Part shown: one piece after another, positions 55,294-62,227 of the stretch | Layout: each line of letters starts with the position of its first letter | Numbering within the stretch: the first letter of the stretch is position 1 | NCBI GenBank assembly: GCA_030658975.1 | Contig: JAUSBL010000055.1 | Coordinates: 971-64,970, forward strand | Direction of reading: 5' to 3' | Length of the DNA: 64,000 bases | DNA from: Candidatus Latescibacterota bacterium | Lineage (GTDB): Bacteria > Krumholzibacteriota > Krumholzibacteriia > LZORAL124-64-63 | Position numbers and translations under genes: made by a program | The notes under the pieces: model-generated | Seen by the model: the letters and a program-made list of their open reading frames with translations, nothing else | Databases searched by the model: none | What the model was told of the DNA's origin: nothing

Positions 55294-56051
55294 TCAGAGC
55301 ACTCGTCGCCAGACTCCGCCAGAAGCACCGCACGATCGCCTACCCGGCGGTCGTGCCCGAGTTGCCGGACCGCTGGCGCTGCCGCCCCGTCATCGCGGCC
55401 GACCTCTGCGTGGACGGCTGCCGGGCCTGCGCCGAAGTGTGCCCCACCGGGGCGATCCTGACCGCAAGCACCCCGCCCCTGATCGACCTCGGCCGCTGCC
55501 TCTTCTGCCCCGAGTGCGCCGCCGCCTGCCCGACCGGGGCGATCACCTACAGCCGGGACCACCGCATGGCGACCCGCGGGCGCGACGACCTCATCGTCGG
55601 CGACGAGCTGCGGCTGGCGCGCGCGCTCGACGACGCCGCGCTGCGCGTGTTCGGCCGCTCGCTCCAACTGCGCCAGGTCAGCGCCGGCGGCTGCAACGGC
55701 TGCGAGGCGGACGTCAACGTGCTGAGCACGATCGTCTTCGACCTGTCGCGTTTCGGCATCCAGTTCGTGGCCTCGCCCCGCCACGCCGACGGCCTGCTGA
55801 TCACCGGCCCGGTGACCCGCAACATGGAAGCCGCCCTGCGCAAGACCTGGGAAGCCGTCCCGACGCCCCGCCTGGTGATCGCGGTCGGCGCCTGCGCCAT
55901 CTCGGGCGGCCCTTACATCGGCCACCCCGAGACGCTCGACGGCGCCGCCGCCGTGGTGCCGGTGGATCTTCACGTGCCCGGCTGTCCGCCGCACCCCCTG
56001 ACCATCCTGGACGGCATCCTGCGCCTGCTGGACCGGCTGCCCCCCACATGA
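55290..56051 (+). CDS. Fused 2x[4Fe-4S] ferredoxin (HycF/NuoI-like) and NuoB/HycG-like small subunit
   Basis: ATG 55290 (ATGA overlap) in ORF 54144-56051. Ferredoxin motifs CVDGCRACAEVCP and CLFCPECAAACP, then GGCNGCE, GACAISGG and PGCPP (NuoB-type cluster ligands). Confidence 0.8.
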   Translation: MIRALVARLRQKHRTIAYPAVVPELPDRWRCRPVIAADLCVDGCRACAEVCPTGAILTASTPPLIDLGRCLFCPECAAACPTGAITYSRDHRMATRGRDDLIVGDELRLARALDDAALRVFGRSLQLRQVSAGGCNGCEADVNVLSTIVFDLSRFGIQFVASPRHADGLLITGPVTRNMEAALRKTWEAVPTPRLVIAVGACAISGGPYIGHPETLDGAAAVVPVDLHVPGCPPHPLTILDGILRLLDRLPPT

Positions 56052-56057
56052 CAGCGA

Positions 56058-56081
56058 CCCCGCCCTCCGAAGAGGGCGGGG
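56058..56081 (+). terminator. Hairpin after the hyf-like operon
   Basis: Perfect 10-bp stem CCCCGCCCTC / GAGGGCGGGG with CGAA loop, 7 nt after the stop. The U-tract is weak (CCGUUGCGU). Confidence 0.45.
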
Positions 56082-56154
56082 CCGTTGCGTCTCGATTCAG
56101 CGCTTTGCTGGTCGATCCGGTCGGCGCGGCGCGAGGCCGCGGCCGGTCTCCGTC

Positions 56155-56439
56155 TTACCAGCGGGGCCGATCGTTCGAGCGCGGCTCGCGAGGACGAGCC
56201 TCGTTGACGTTCAGCGGGCGGCCGTCGACGTCCATGCCGTTGGTTTTCTCGATGGCGGTCGTGGCCGCGACGTCATCGGACATCTCCACGAAGCCGAAGC
56301 CGCGGGAGCGGCCGGTGTCGCGGTCCATGATGACGGTGGCGCTGCTGACCTCGCCGAACTGCGAGTAGACCTTCATGAGGTCCTGATCGGTGAGGTTGAA
56401 ACTGAGGTTTCCGACGTAGATCTTCTTCAAACTGGTCAC
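56155..56439 (-). CDS. RRM-type (RNP-1/RNP-2) RNA-binding protein
   Basis: 94-aa ORF. KIYVGNLSF (RNP-2) and RGFGFVEM (RNP-1). TTG 56430 (MKKIYVGNL) is an alternative start, with AGGGAAG 7 nt upstream. Confidence 0.85.
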   Translation of the reverse strand: MTSLKKIYVGNLSFNLTDQDLMKVYSQFGEVSSATVIMDRDTGRSRGFGFVEMSDDVAATTAIEKTNGMDVDGRPLNVNEARPREPRSNDRPRW

Positions 56440-56502
56440 TTCCCTTGAACCTGCTGGACCCTCGGGCTCCCACGACTATTCGGGGAGTCCCTGGTCCCTG
56501 CT

Positions 56503-56529
56503 AAAAAAGACTGGCCGAGATGGCCAGTC
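56503..56529 (-). terminator. Terminator-like hairpin plus U6 inside the leader of the RRM gene (candidate attenuator)
   Basis: Minus strand: GACTGGCC-AUCUC-GGCCAGTC followed by UUUUUU (plus-strand A6 at 56503-56508). It lies about 65 nt upstream of the CDS. Confidence 0.5.
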
Positions 56530-56539
56530 CCTGCGGCTG

Positions 56540-56568
56540 ACAATAGCAGGAAACATGCCGGAAGGCAA
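56540..56568 (-). promoter_or_regulatory. Sigma70-type promoter candidate for the RRM gene
   Basis: Minus strand: TTGCCT (56568-56563), 17-nt spacer, TATTGT (56545-56540). Confidence 0.45.
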
Positions 56569-56744
56569 GGACCCCCCGCCAAATCGGCAGCACCCGGCCC
56601 GGAACCCGTTGACGTGATGGAGTCTGCGGTGGTACGCTTCTCGGCAATCGGGGGCCTTCCACGCCCCCCTGCCGGACTGCCGACCGCCGGATTGGCGGCT
56701 CCCCCCTGGGCAGCCCGAAGCGTCCATCACCGAAACGAGGCGCG

Positions 56745-57443
56745 ATGACCTCGCACTGCGCACCGCTCCGCCGCCGCTGCTGCCTGCTCGCGCTGGCGCT
56801 GATCGTCGGCGGGACCGCCGTCGCCCACAGCCAGGTGGAGATCGGCGGCAGCGCCGAACCGCCCGTCTCTTACCGCAACAGCAGCGCCCCGCCGCCGGAG
56901 TCGAGGTTCGGCCCCACCTTCGGCTGGCTGTTCCTGAACGAGCAGGTCATGTCCGAGACCTACGGATCGGTGGCGATCCCCGGGCTGATGTTCACTGCGG
57001 ACCTCTCGCAAGACACCCGCTTCGTGATGGGCGCCGGCCGCGGCTTCGCGCGGGGCAACCCCTTCCATGACGTCACGGGCTTCGAGGGCGTCGACGCGGC
57101 CGAACTGACGATGATCCCGCTGCAGATCGGCCTGCAGAGCGACCTCGCGCCCCACCCCCGCCTGCACATCCTCTGCGGCCTGTCCGCGGAACTGGTGTGG
57201 ATGCAGGAGCGCCTGGCCGCCGCCGCCGTCGCCGGCTCCGCGGACCACGTGGACTACGACGGCTGGGGCGAGGGCCTGAGGGTCAGCTTCGGACCCGAGT
57301 GGCGCTCGGCGGACGCCCGTCGCGTCATCGGCTTCGCGATGAACTGGGGCGCTTCCGGCGGCGAAGTCCACGGAGGCAGGCGCCGTCACGAGGTGAACCT
57401 GACGGGCACGGGCCTGCAGTTCCATATCCTGTGGCGGCTGTGA
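56745..57443 (+). CDS. Secreted/outer-membrane beta-rich protein, function unknown
   Basis: 232-aa ORF. Signal peptide CCLLALALIVGGTAVAHS; alternating hydrophobic pattern; C-terminal LQFHILWRL. Confidence 0.5.
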   Translation: MTSHCAPLRRRCCLLALALIVGGTAVAHSQVEIGGSAEPPVSYRNSSAPPPESRFGPTFGWLFLNEQVMSETYGSVAIPGLMFTADLSQDTRFVMGAGRGFARGNPFHDVTGFEGVDAAELTMIPLQIGLQSDLAPHPRLHILCGLSAELVWMQERLAAAAVAGSADHVDYDGWGEGLRVSFGPEWRSADARRVIGFAMNWGASGGEVHGGRRRHEVNLTGTGLQFHILWRL

Positions 57444-57477
57444 CCGTGAGGTCACGGGCGAGAAAGCGAGGCGTCCC

Positions 57478-58509
57478 ATGGTGAACCGGATCCCCGTCGC
57501 GGCGATGATCATCCTGGTCCCGGCGCTCGCCCTGCTGACCCCCGGCGCGACCCGGGCCGACGGCGCGCTGCTGGCCCCCTGGAGCTACGAGCTGTACGAG
57601 ACCAACCAGATCGCCATCGTGATCCACGACGCGACGTCGGGCACCGAGATTTTGCACGTGCTGCCCGGCTTCCGCAGCGACACCACCGACTTCGCCTGGA
57701 TCGTGCCCGTGCCCGCCCTGCCGCAGGTCGACGTCTCGGACCTCGACCTGTTCCGCGAGGCCATCTACCTGACGGCCCCCGTGTGGCGGTCGCGCGACTC
57801 GGCCTGGGGCTGCTCCGAGTTCTCGCCCGACTACGGCGGCGTCGGGCCCGCCGACAACGGCGTGGACATCATCGACGACCGGATCGTCGGGGTGTACCGC
57901 ACGCTGGTGCTCGGCGCCGACGACGCCTCGGCGCTGGCCGACTCCCTGACCGCCTGGGGCTTCCTGCACGCGGGCAACCAGGAAGCGACCCTGGCCGTGC
58001 TCGATTCCTACATCGCGCGGTCCTGGTACTTCGTGGCCATGAAGATCGATCCGGAGGCCTTCGAGGATTGGCAGACGCAGGGAGACTACTGGTACGGGCG
58101 GCTGGACCCGGTCCGCCTGGAGTTCGCCGCGGCCGAACCGGTCTACCCCCTGGAGATCTCCTCGCTCAGCGCCGCGCAAGCGACCGAGGTGAGCCTCTAC
58201 ACCGTCGCGAACACGCGCCTGACCTTCCCCGACGCCACGACGCTCTACGCCAACCGGGTGACGGAAGGCGAACTGCAGGAGATCAGGAGCGCCTACCCCA
58301 ACTTCGGCGCCCTGCTGCACGCGGGCGACTTCGTCACCAAGCTGCGCCGCAACTTCGCGCCCGACGAGATGACGGAAGACCTGGTGCTCACGTCCGACGG
58401 CGACGACGAGTTCCACCAGGTCTTCTATTCCGGCATCCCATGGACGATCGTTCTGCTGCTGGGCACGGGCGCGTGGCTGCGGCTGCGGCCGCGGTCGCGG
58501 CGCGCCTGA
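57478..58509 (+). CDS. DUF2330-like exported protein with C-terminal TM anchor (family call tentative)
   Basis: 343-aa ORF. Signal peptide; FAWIVPVPALP; WYFVAMKI; FVTKLRRNFAPDEMTEDLVL; C-terminal TM plus RLRPRSRRA. Confidence 0.55.
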   Translation: MVNRIPVAAMIILVPALALLTPGATRADGALLAPWSYELYETNQIAIVIHDATSGTEILHVLPGFRSDTTDFAWIVPVPALPQVDVSDLDLFREAIYLTAPVWRSRDSAWGCSEFSPDYGGVGPADNGVDIIDDRIVGVYRTLVLGADDASALADSLTAWGFLHAGNQEATLAVLDSYIARSWYFVAMKIDPEAFEDWQTQGDYWYGRLDPVRLEFAAAEPVYPLEISSLSAAQATEVSLYTVANTRLTFPDATTLYANRVTEGELQEIRSAYPNFGALLHAGDFVTKLRRNFAPDEMTEDLVLTSDGDDEFHQVFYSGIPWTIVLLLGTGAWLRLRPRSRRA

Positions 58510-58539
58510 CGGCTATCTCAGGAGCTTATTTTAGGGAGC

Positions 58540-59712
58540 TTACTTCAGAAGCTGTAGCTTGCGGGTGTCGACGCCGCCGGCGCCCGTCGCCCGCAGGAAA
58601 TACGTGCCGCTGGGCAGAGTCCGCCCCTGGTCCCCCTTGCCGTCCCAGTCCACCATGAAGTCGCCCGCCTCGCGCGTGCCCTGCCACAGGGCCCGCACCA
58701 GGCGGCCGTCGAGGCCGTAGACGTCCAGCCGCAGCGCGGCGGCCGCCGGCAGGGACACGTCGATGGTGGTGGAGGGGTTGAAGGGGTTCGGGTAGGCCCC
58801 CGTGATGCGGGGGAAGGCGACGAGCAGGTCGCCGGCGCCGGTGGGCAGGCCGTCGGCGTAGATGTCGTCGACCCACTCGGGGTGGTCGATGAAGGGGTTG
58901 CGGTTGCCCTGGTAGGCGAAGACCACGTCGTTGCGGTCCCGCTCCTTGGCGTCGACGGGATCCTGCTCGTGCCAGGCGAGCAGGATCGTCAGCAGTCCCA
59001 TGTAGGCGACGCTCTCGTTGTTGCCGGTCGCGGAGGCCGTGATCAGCGCGACGTTGTCGGTGAGGCGCAGGTCGGGCTCCCCGACGGCCCCCTCGTAGCG
59101 CACGTCCATGTAGAACATCGCGCGCGCCACGTCGCCCTTGCGCCCGTCCCAGGTCTCCCAGATGCCGGCGGGCGCCGCGTTGTTGTAGTAGTTGACGCCG
59201 CTCGCGCCGTCGTAGTCGTCGGCCGGATTGCTCGAGCAGCCCGACACGCACTCGCCGAAGGGCTTGTTGCCGCGGTTGTTGTTGTACTCGACGTCGCAGA
59301 GGAACAGGTGGTGGCAGTCGGTGTACGGCTTGTTGCCCGAGCCGTCGTCGGGGAAGCCGTAGCTGTTGGGCCAGCTGTGCTCGCGGTTGTAGGGCCCGTT
59401 GCCGCCGCCGAACTTGGCGAAGACGCGGTTCTGGTAGAGGTCGAGGATGCGCGTCGCGTTGTAGGGATCCTCGTCCGCCAGCTCCAGCACGTCCCAGGTG
59501 TCGGTCGAGGCGGACGTGTAGGGGATCTTCACGTGGCCGTCGATGACGGCGTTCACCGAGGCGCGCATCGCCTCGACGCTGGTGAAGACCACGGTGTCGT
59601 AGTAGCCGGCCGGCGGGGCGGCGAAGGCGGCCGCCGCGGCCAGCGCGATCAGGGCGCAGGCCGCCGGGCTCAGGCGCGCGGCGAAGGATGGGTTGCGGTC
59701 GGAATGCAGCAC
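58540..59712 (-). CDS. Endonuclease I family extracellular nuclease with C-terminal FlgD-Ig/T9SS-type sorting domain
   Basis: 390-aa ORF. It contains YNREHSWPNSYG, HHLFLCD, KGDVARAMFYMDVRY and GNRNPFIDHPEW. The tail reads PNPFNPSTTIDV...SGTYFLRA...RKLQLLK. Confidence 0.8.
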   Translation of the reverse strand: MLHSDRNPSFAARLSPAACALIALAAAAAFAAPPAGYYDTVVFTSVEAMRASVNAVIDGHVKIPYTSASTDTWDVLELADEDPYNATRILDLYQNRVFAKFGGGNGPYNREHSWPNSYGFPDDGSGNKPYTDCHHLFLCDVEYNNNRGNKPFGECVSGCSSNPADDYDGASGVNYYNNAAPAGIWETWDGRKGDVARAMFYMDVRYEGAVGEPDLRLTDNVALITASATGNNESVAYMGLLTILLAWHEQDPVDAKERDRNDVVFAYQGNRNPFIDHPEWVDDIYADGLPTGAGDLLVAFPRITGAYPNPFNPSTTIDVSLPAAAALRLDVYGLDGRLVRALWQGTREAGDFMVDWDGKGDQGRTLPSGTYFLRATGAGGVDTRKLQLLK

Positions 59713-59819
59713 GTCGGCTCCCTGCTCGGGTGTCGGACACGGTGTCGGCTACGGCGTCGCGGCGAGGGGCGGCACGCGTAAGTATACCACGCCGGGCCGG
59801 TGCGGCGCCAATCGGCCCC

Positions 59820-60683
59820 CTAGCTCCAGCGGAAGGGCTCCGGGCGGTCGAAGTCGGGCCGGCCCTCGGCGGGGGCTGAGCCGGGATCCTGCGTGAACAG
59901 CCGGTACAGCCCCGCGTCCTCCACGTCCTGCAGGGCCTGATCGTACTCGGCGGTCGCGATCGGCCGCGTCAGCTCGGGGTGCAGGTGCGCCAGCGCGCGG
60001 CCGGCTTCGGTCTGGGCGAGGGCGTCGGGGTGGTACTGCGCCATCAGCGAGAGCCACAGGCCGTCGCCGACGGCGCCCACGAGCTCCCGCGCGACGCGCG
60101 CGGTACCGGCCAGCCCCCCGGGCAACACCAGGTGCCGCACGATCAGACCCCGGCGCGCCTCCCCCTCGGCCTGGTCGTCGGGCAGGTGGCCGACCTGCGC
60201 GTGCATGATCGTCACGGCCCGGCGCGCGCGCGCGACGTAGCCGCTCACCCGCGACAGGTCCTGCGCGATCGCGTCGGAGCCGTACTTGAAATCCGGCAGG
60301 TACAGGTCGATCAGACCGTCGAACCGCGCCAGCACGGTCGGCCCGTCGGTGCCGTTGGAGTTGTAGATCACCGGCAGGACGAGCCCCTGCAGCCGCGCCA
60401 GTTCCAGGGCGCGGGCCACCGCGGCGCCCTGGTGCGTGGGCGTGACCAGCCCGATCGCGCCGGCGCCGGCCGCGGCCAGCTCCAGCATCCGCTGCGCGCA
60501 CAGCTCCGGCGAGATCGACGCGCCCGCTTCCGGGTGGTGGCTGATCTGGTGGTTCTGGCAGAAACCGCAGCGCAGGTTGCAGCCGGCGAAGAAGAGGTTG
60601 CCGACCGGACGGCCGCCGCCCAGCGGCGGTTCTTCCCCGCGGTGCAGGCAGGCGGCGGCGAGGCGGATGAGCTGGTCGGTCAC
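59820..60683 (-). CDS. Radical SAM protein, PflX-like (pyruvate formate-lyase activase-related)
   Basis: ORF 59820-60764. It contains LHRGEEPPLGG, NLFFAGCNLRCGFCQNHQIS (CxxxCxxC), YLPDFKY and LIVRHLVLPG. GTG 60683 (AGGA SD) is preferred; GTG 60764 is possible. Confidence 0.75.
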   Translation of the reverse strand: MTDQLIRLAAACLHRGEEPPLGGGRPVGNLFFAGCNLRCGFCQNHQISHHPEAGASISPELCAQRMLELAAAGAGAIGLVTPTHQGAAVARALELARLQGLVLPVIYNSNGTDGPTVLARFDGLIDLYLPDFKYGSDAIAQDLSRVSGYVARARRAVTIMHAQVGHLPDDQAEGEARRGLIVRHLVLPGGLAGTARVARELVGAVGDGLWLSLMAQYHPDALAQTEAGRALAHLHPELTRPIATAEYDQALQDVEDAGLYRLFTQDPGSAPAEGRPDFDRPEPFRWS

Positions 60684-60776
60684 GACGATCCTGCGGCTCG
60701 GGACGTTCGGGCGCGCTCCCCTCCACCACGATGGCCACGGAGACGGGGGCGCGCAACCCCGCACCCCACAGGGGGC

Positions 60777-60805
60777 TTGCCGAATCGCCGGAGTTCCCGT
60801 AGAAT
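60777..60805 (+). promoter_or_regulatory. Sigma70-type promoter of an orphan plus-strand transcription unit
   Basis: TTGCCG (60777-60782), 17-nt spacer, TAGAAT (60800-60805). Confidence 0.5.
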
Positions 60806-60811
60806 CAAGCC

Positions 60812-61074
60812 ATGAACTCCGCGCATGGACGCGGCGGTTCCCGAGGCCAGGGCGGCCGGGGGGACCGGGCGAGTTGGGACTCGCCGCCGGTGGTTCGCCC
60901 GAGTAGGAGGTGATCCAGTGAGTTCTGAAAGATGCGGCTCAGCGGAGGTGGCGCCCCAGCGTTGAGGGGACACTCCCGGACGTGGTCCGCGGGCTCGCCC
61001 CGAGCGGGGGAACCCAGCGCCACTGAAGCTGATCCATACGGAGCGCCGTCACACGGGTGGCGGCGCTTCTCTTT
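60812..61074 (+). ncRNA. Candidate ~260-nt structured RNA / micro-ORF transcript of unknown family
   Basis: Bounded by the promoter above and by an 11-bp-stem terminator (61042-61067) followed by UCUCUUUG. It contains TAGGAGGTGATCCAG (60904-60918), a 15-codon ORF (60918-60965), and duplicated GGTTC(G)CCCGAG boxes able to pair alternatively with GGGGGAACC (61006-61014). Confidence 0.4.
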
Positions 61075-62227
61075 GAGCGGACTTCGCACGCCCTGCCACC
61101 ACGGCACGCAACAGGTCGGCATAATCGCCGGCGATCGTGTCCCAGCTGTGGGGCTCGGCGAGGCGGCGGCGCAGGTGGGGGCGACGGGTATCGTCGGTCA
61201 GGGCACAGAGGACGGCGGCAGCGAAGTCCCGGGGACCCGAAGCCAGGAACACGTCTTCGCAGCGGGAGGCGACCTCCGGCGAGAAGGGCGTGGCCACGAT
61301 GTTCAGGCCCATCGCGGCGTAGATGTAGAGCTTGTTGGGGTTGATCGCACCGGTGCGGGGGGAAGCGACGAAGGGCAGCAGGCCGACGCGGGACAGCGCC
61401 AGCCAGGACGGCAGTTCCGCGTAGGGGACGCGGCCGGCGAACAGGACCCGGCCGGGAAAGCGCAGTTCCAGGCGACGCTTCAGCGGTTCGGCCTCGTGGT
61501 GGACCCCGCCGACGCAGAGCAGGCCGAACTCCTGCCCGCTGCGTTCGAGCACAGCCTCGAGCAGCGTCTCGTCCAGGCGCGTGTCCACCGATCCCATGTA
61601 CACGGCCAGGTCGCGCCGGTCCGCCAGGGCCGAACGGACGAACACGCCCGGCGGCGGACCCGCGCGCTGCGGCTGGAAGGTGTCGAGGTCGACACCGTTG
61701 CCCAGCACGACGCCGCGAGCGGCGATGTCGGCGAGGCGCCGCGACGAGGCGACGACCTCGTCCGCCTCGCGCAGCAACCGCGCGAACGCCGCGTTCGCCC
61801 GCTGTGGACAGGACGGGAAGAAGTCGCAGTGCAGGTCGTTGAGATCGTACACCACCGGCAGGCCGCGCGCGCGCAGCCGCGGCAGCATGGCCGCCGCCCA
61901 GATGTAGGAGCAGACCACGACGTCGGGCTGGAACCGCCTCACGGCCTCGTCGACGCACAGCCCACCCGCCGCGGCGAGGGCGCCGCTCAGTCCGCGCACG
62001 ATCGCGAAACGCGAGTCGGGCTTCGGTAGAGGCAGGGAAACGTGGCTCACGTGCGGGAAGTCCGGATCGGTGCGAAGGCGCGGGCTGTTCTCCTGGCGGC
62101 GGGCGTTGAACGGCGAGACGAACAGGACGCGCCAATCAGGCGGGAACCGCCGTGCGAGCTGGTGCTTGCGCGAGACCTGCGCCCGCCACTGGACCTCCGA
62201 GAGGAACAGGACGCGCAACGGTTTCAT
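61049..62227 (-). CDS. GT-B fold glycosyltransferase (GT4-like)
   Basis: ATG 62227 in ORF 61049-62476. Starts MKPLRVLFLSEV... Also GNGVDLDTF, FAGRVPYAELPSWL and NPNKLYIYAAMG. ATGA overlap with the upstream TPR membrane gene. Confidence 0.7.
   Translation of the reverse strand: MKPLRVLFLSEVQWRAQVSRKHQLARRFPPDWRVLFVSPFNARRQENSPRLRTDPDFPHVSHVSLPLPKPDSRFAIVRGLSGALAAAGGLCVDEAVRRFQPDVVVCSYIWAAAMLPRLRARGLPVVYDLNDLHCDFFPSCPQRANAAFARLLREADEVVASSRRLADIAARGVVLGNGVDLDTFQPQRAGPPPGVFVRSALADRRDLAVYMGSVDTRLDETLLEAVLERSGQEFGLLCVGGVHHEAEPLKRRLELRFPGRVLFAGRVPYAELPSWLALSRVGLLPFVASPRTGAINPNKLYIYAAMGLNIVATPFSPEVASRCEDVFLASGPRDFAAAVLCALTDDTRRPHLRRRLAEPHSWDTIAGDYADLLRAVVAGRAKSAQREAPPPV

Noticed and set aside
48853-56051. 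Annotation as hydrogenase-4 / formate hydrogenlyase
   Set aside because: The large subunit lacks both CxxC NiFe-ligand pairs in my alignment, and no fdhF, hyp or hycI genes are present. It was therefore called Ehr-like rather than a hydrogenase.
60904-60918. TAGGAGGTGATCCAG as a fragment of a 16S rRNA gene
   Set aside because: It is the complement of the 16S 3' end, only ~15 nt long, and the flanks show no rRNA-like sequence. I treat it as an extended SD / anti-16S box instead.
60765-61048. Known riboswitch or ncRNA families for the orphan unit (cobalamin via GCCACTG, TPP, ykkC/guanidine via GGTTCCCG...GGTCCG...CACACGG, 6S RNA)
   Set aside because: Individual short matches exist, but their spacing and order do not fit the consensus architectures as I remember them. 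It is left as an unknown family pending a covariance-model search.
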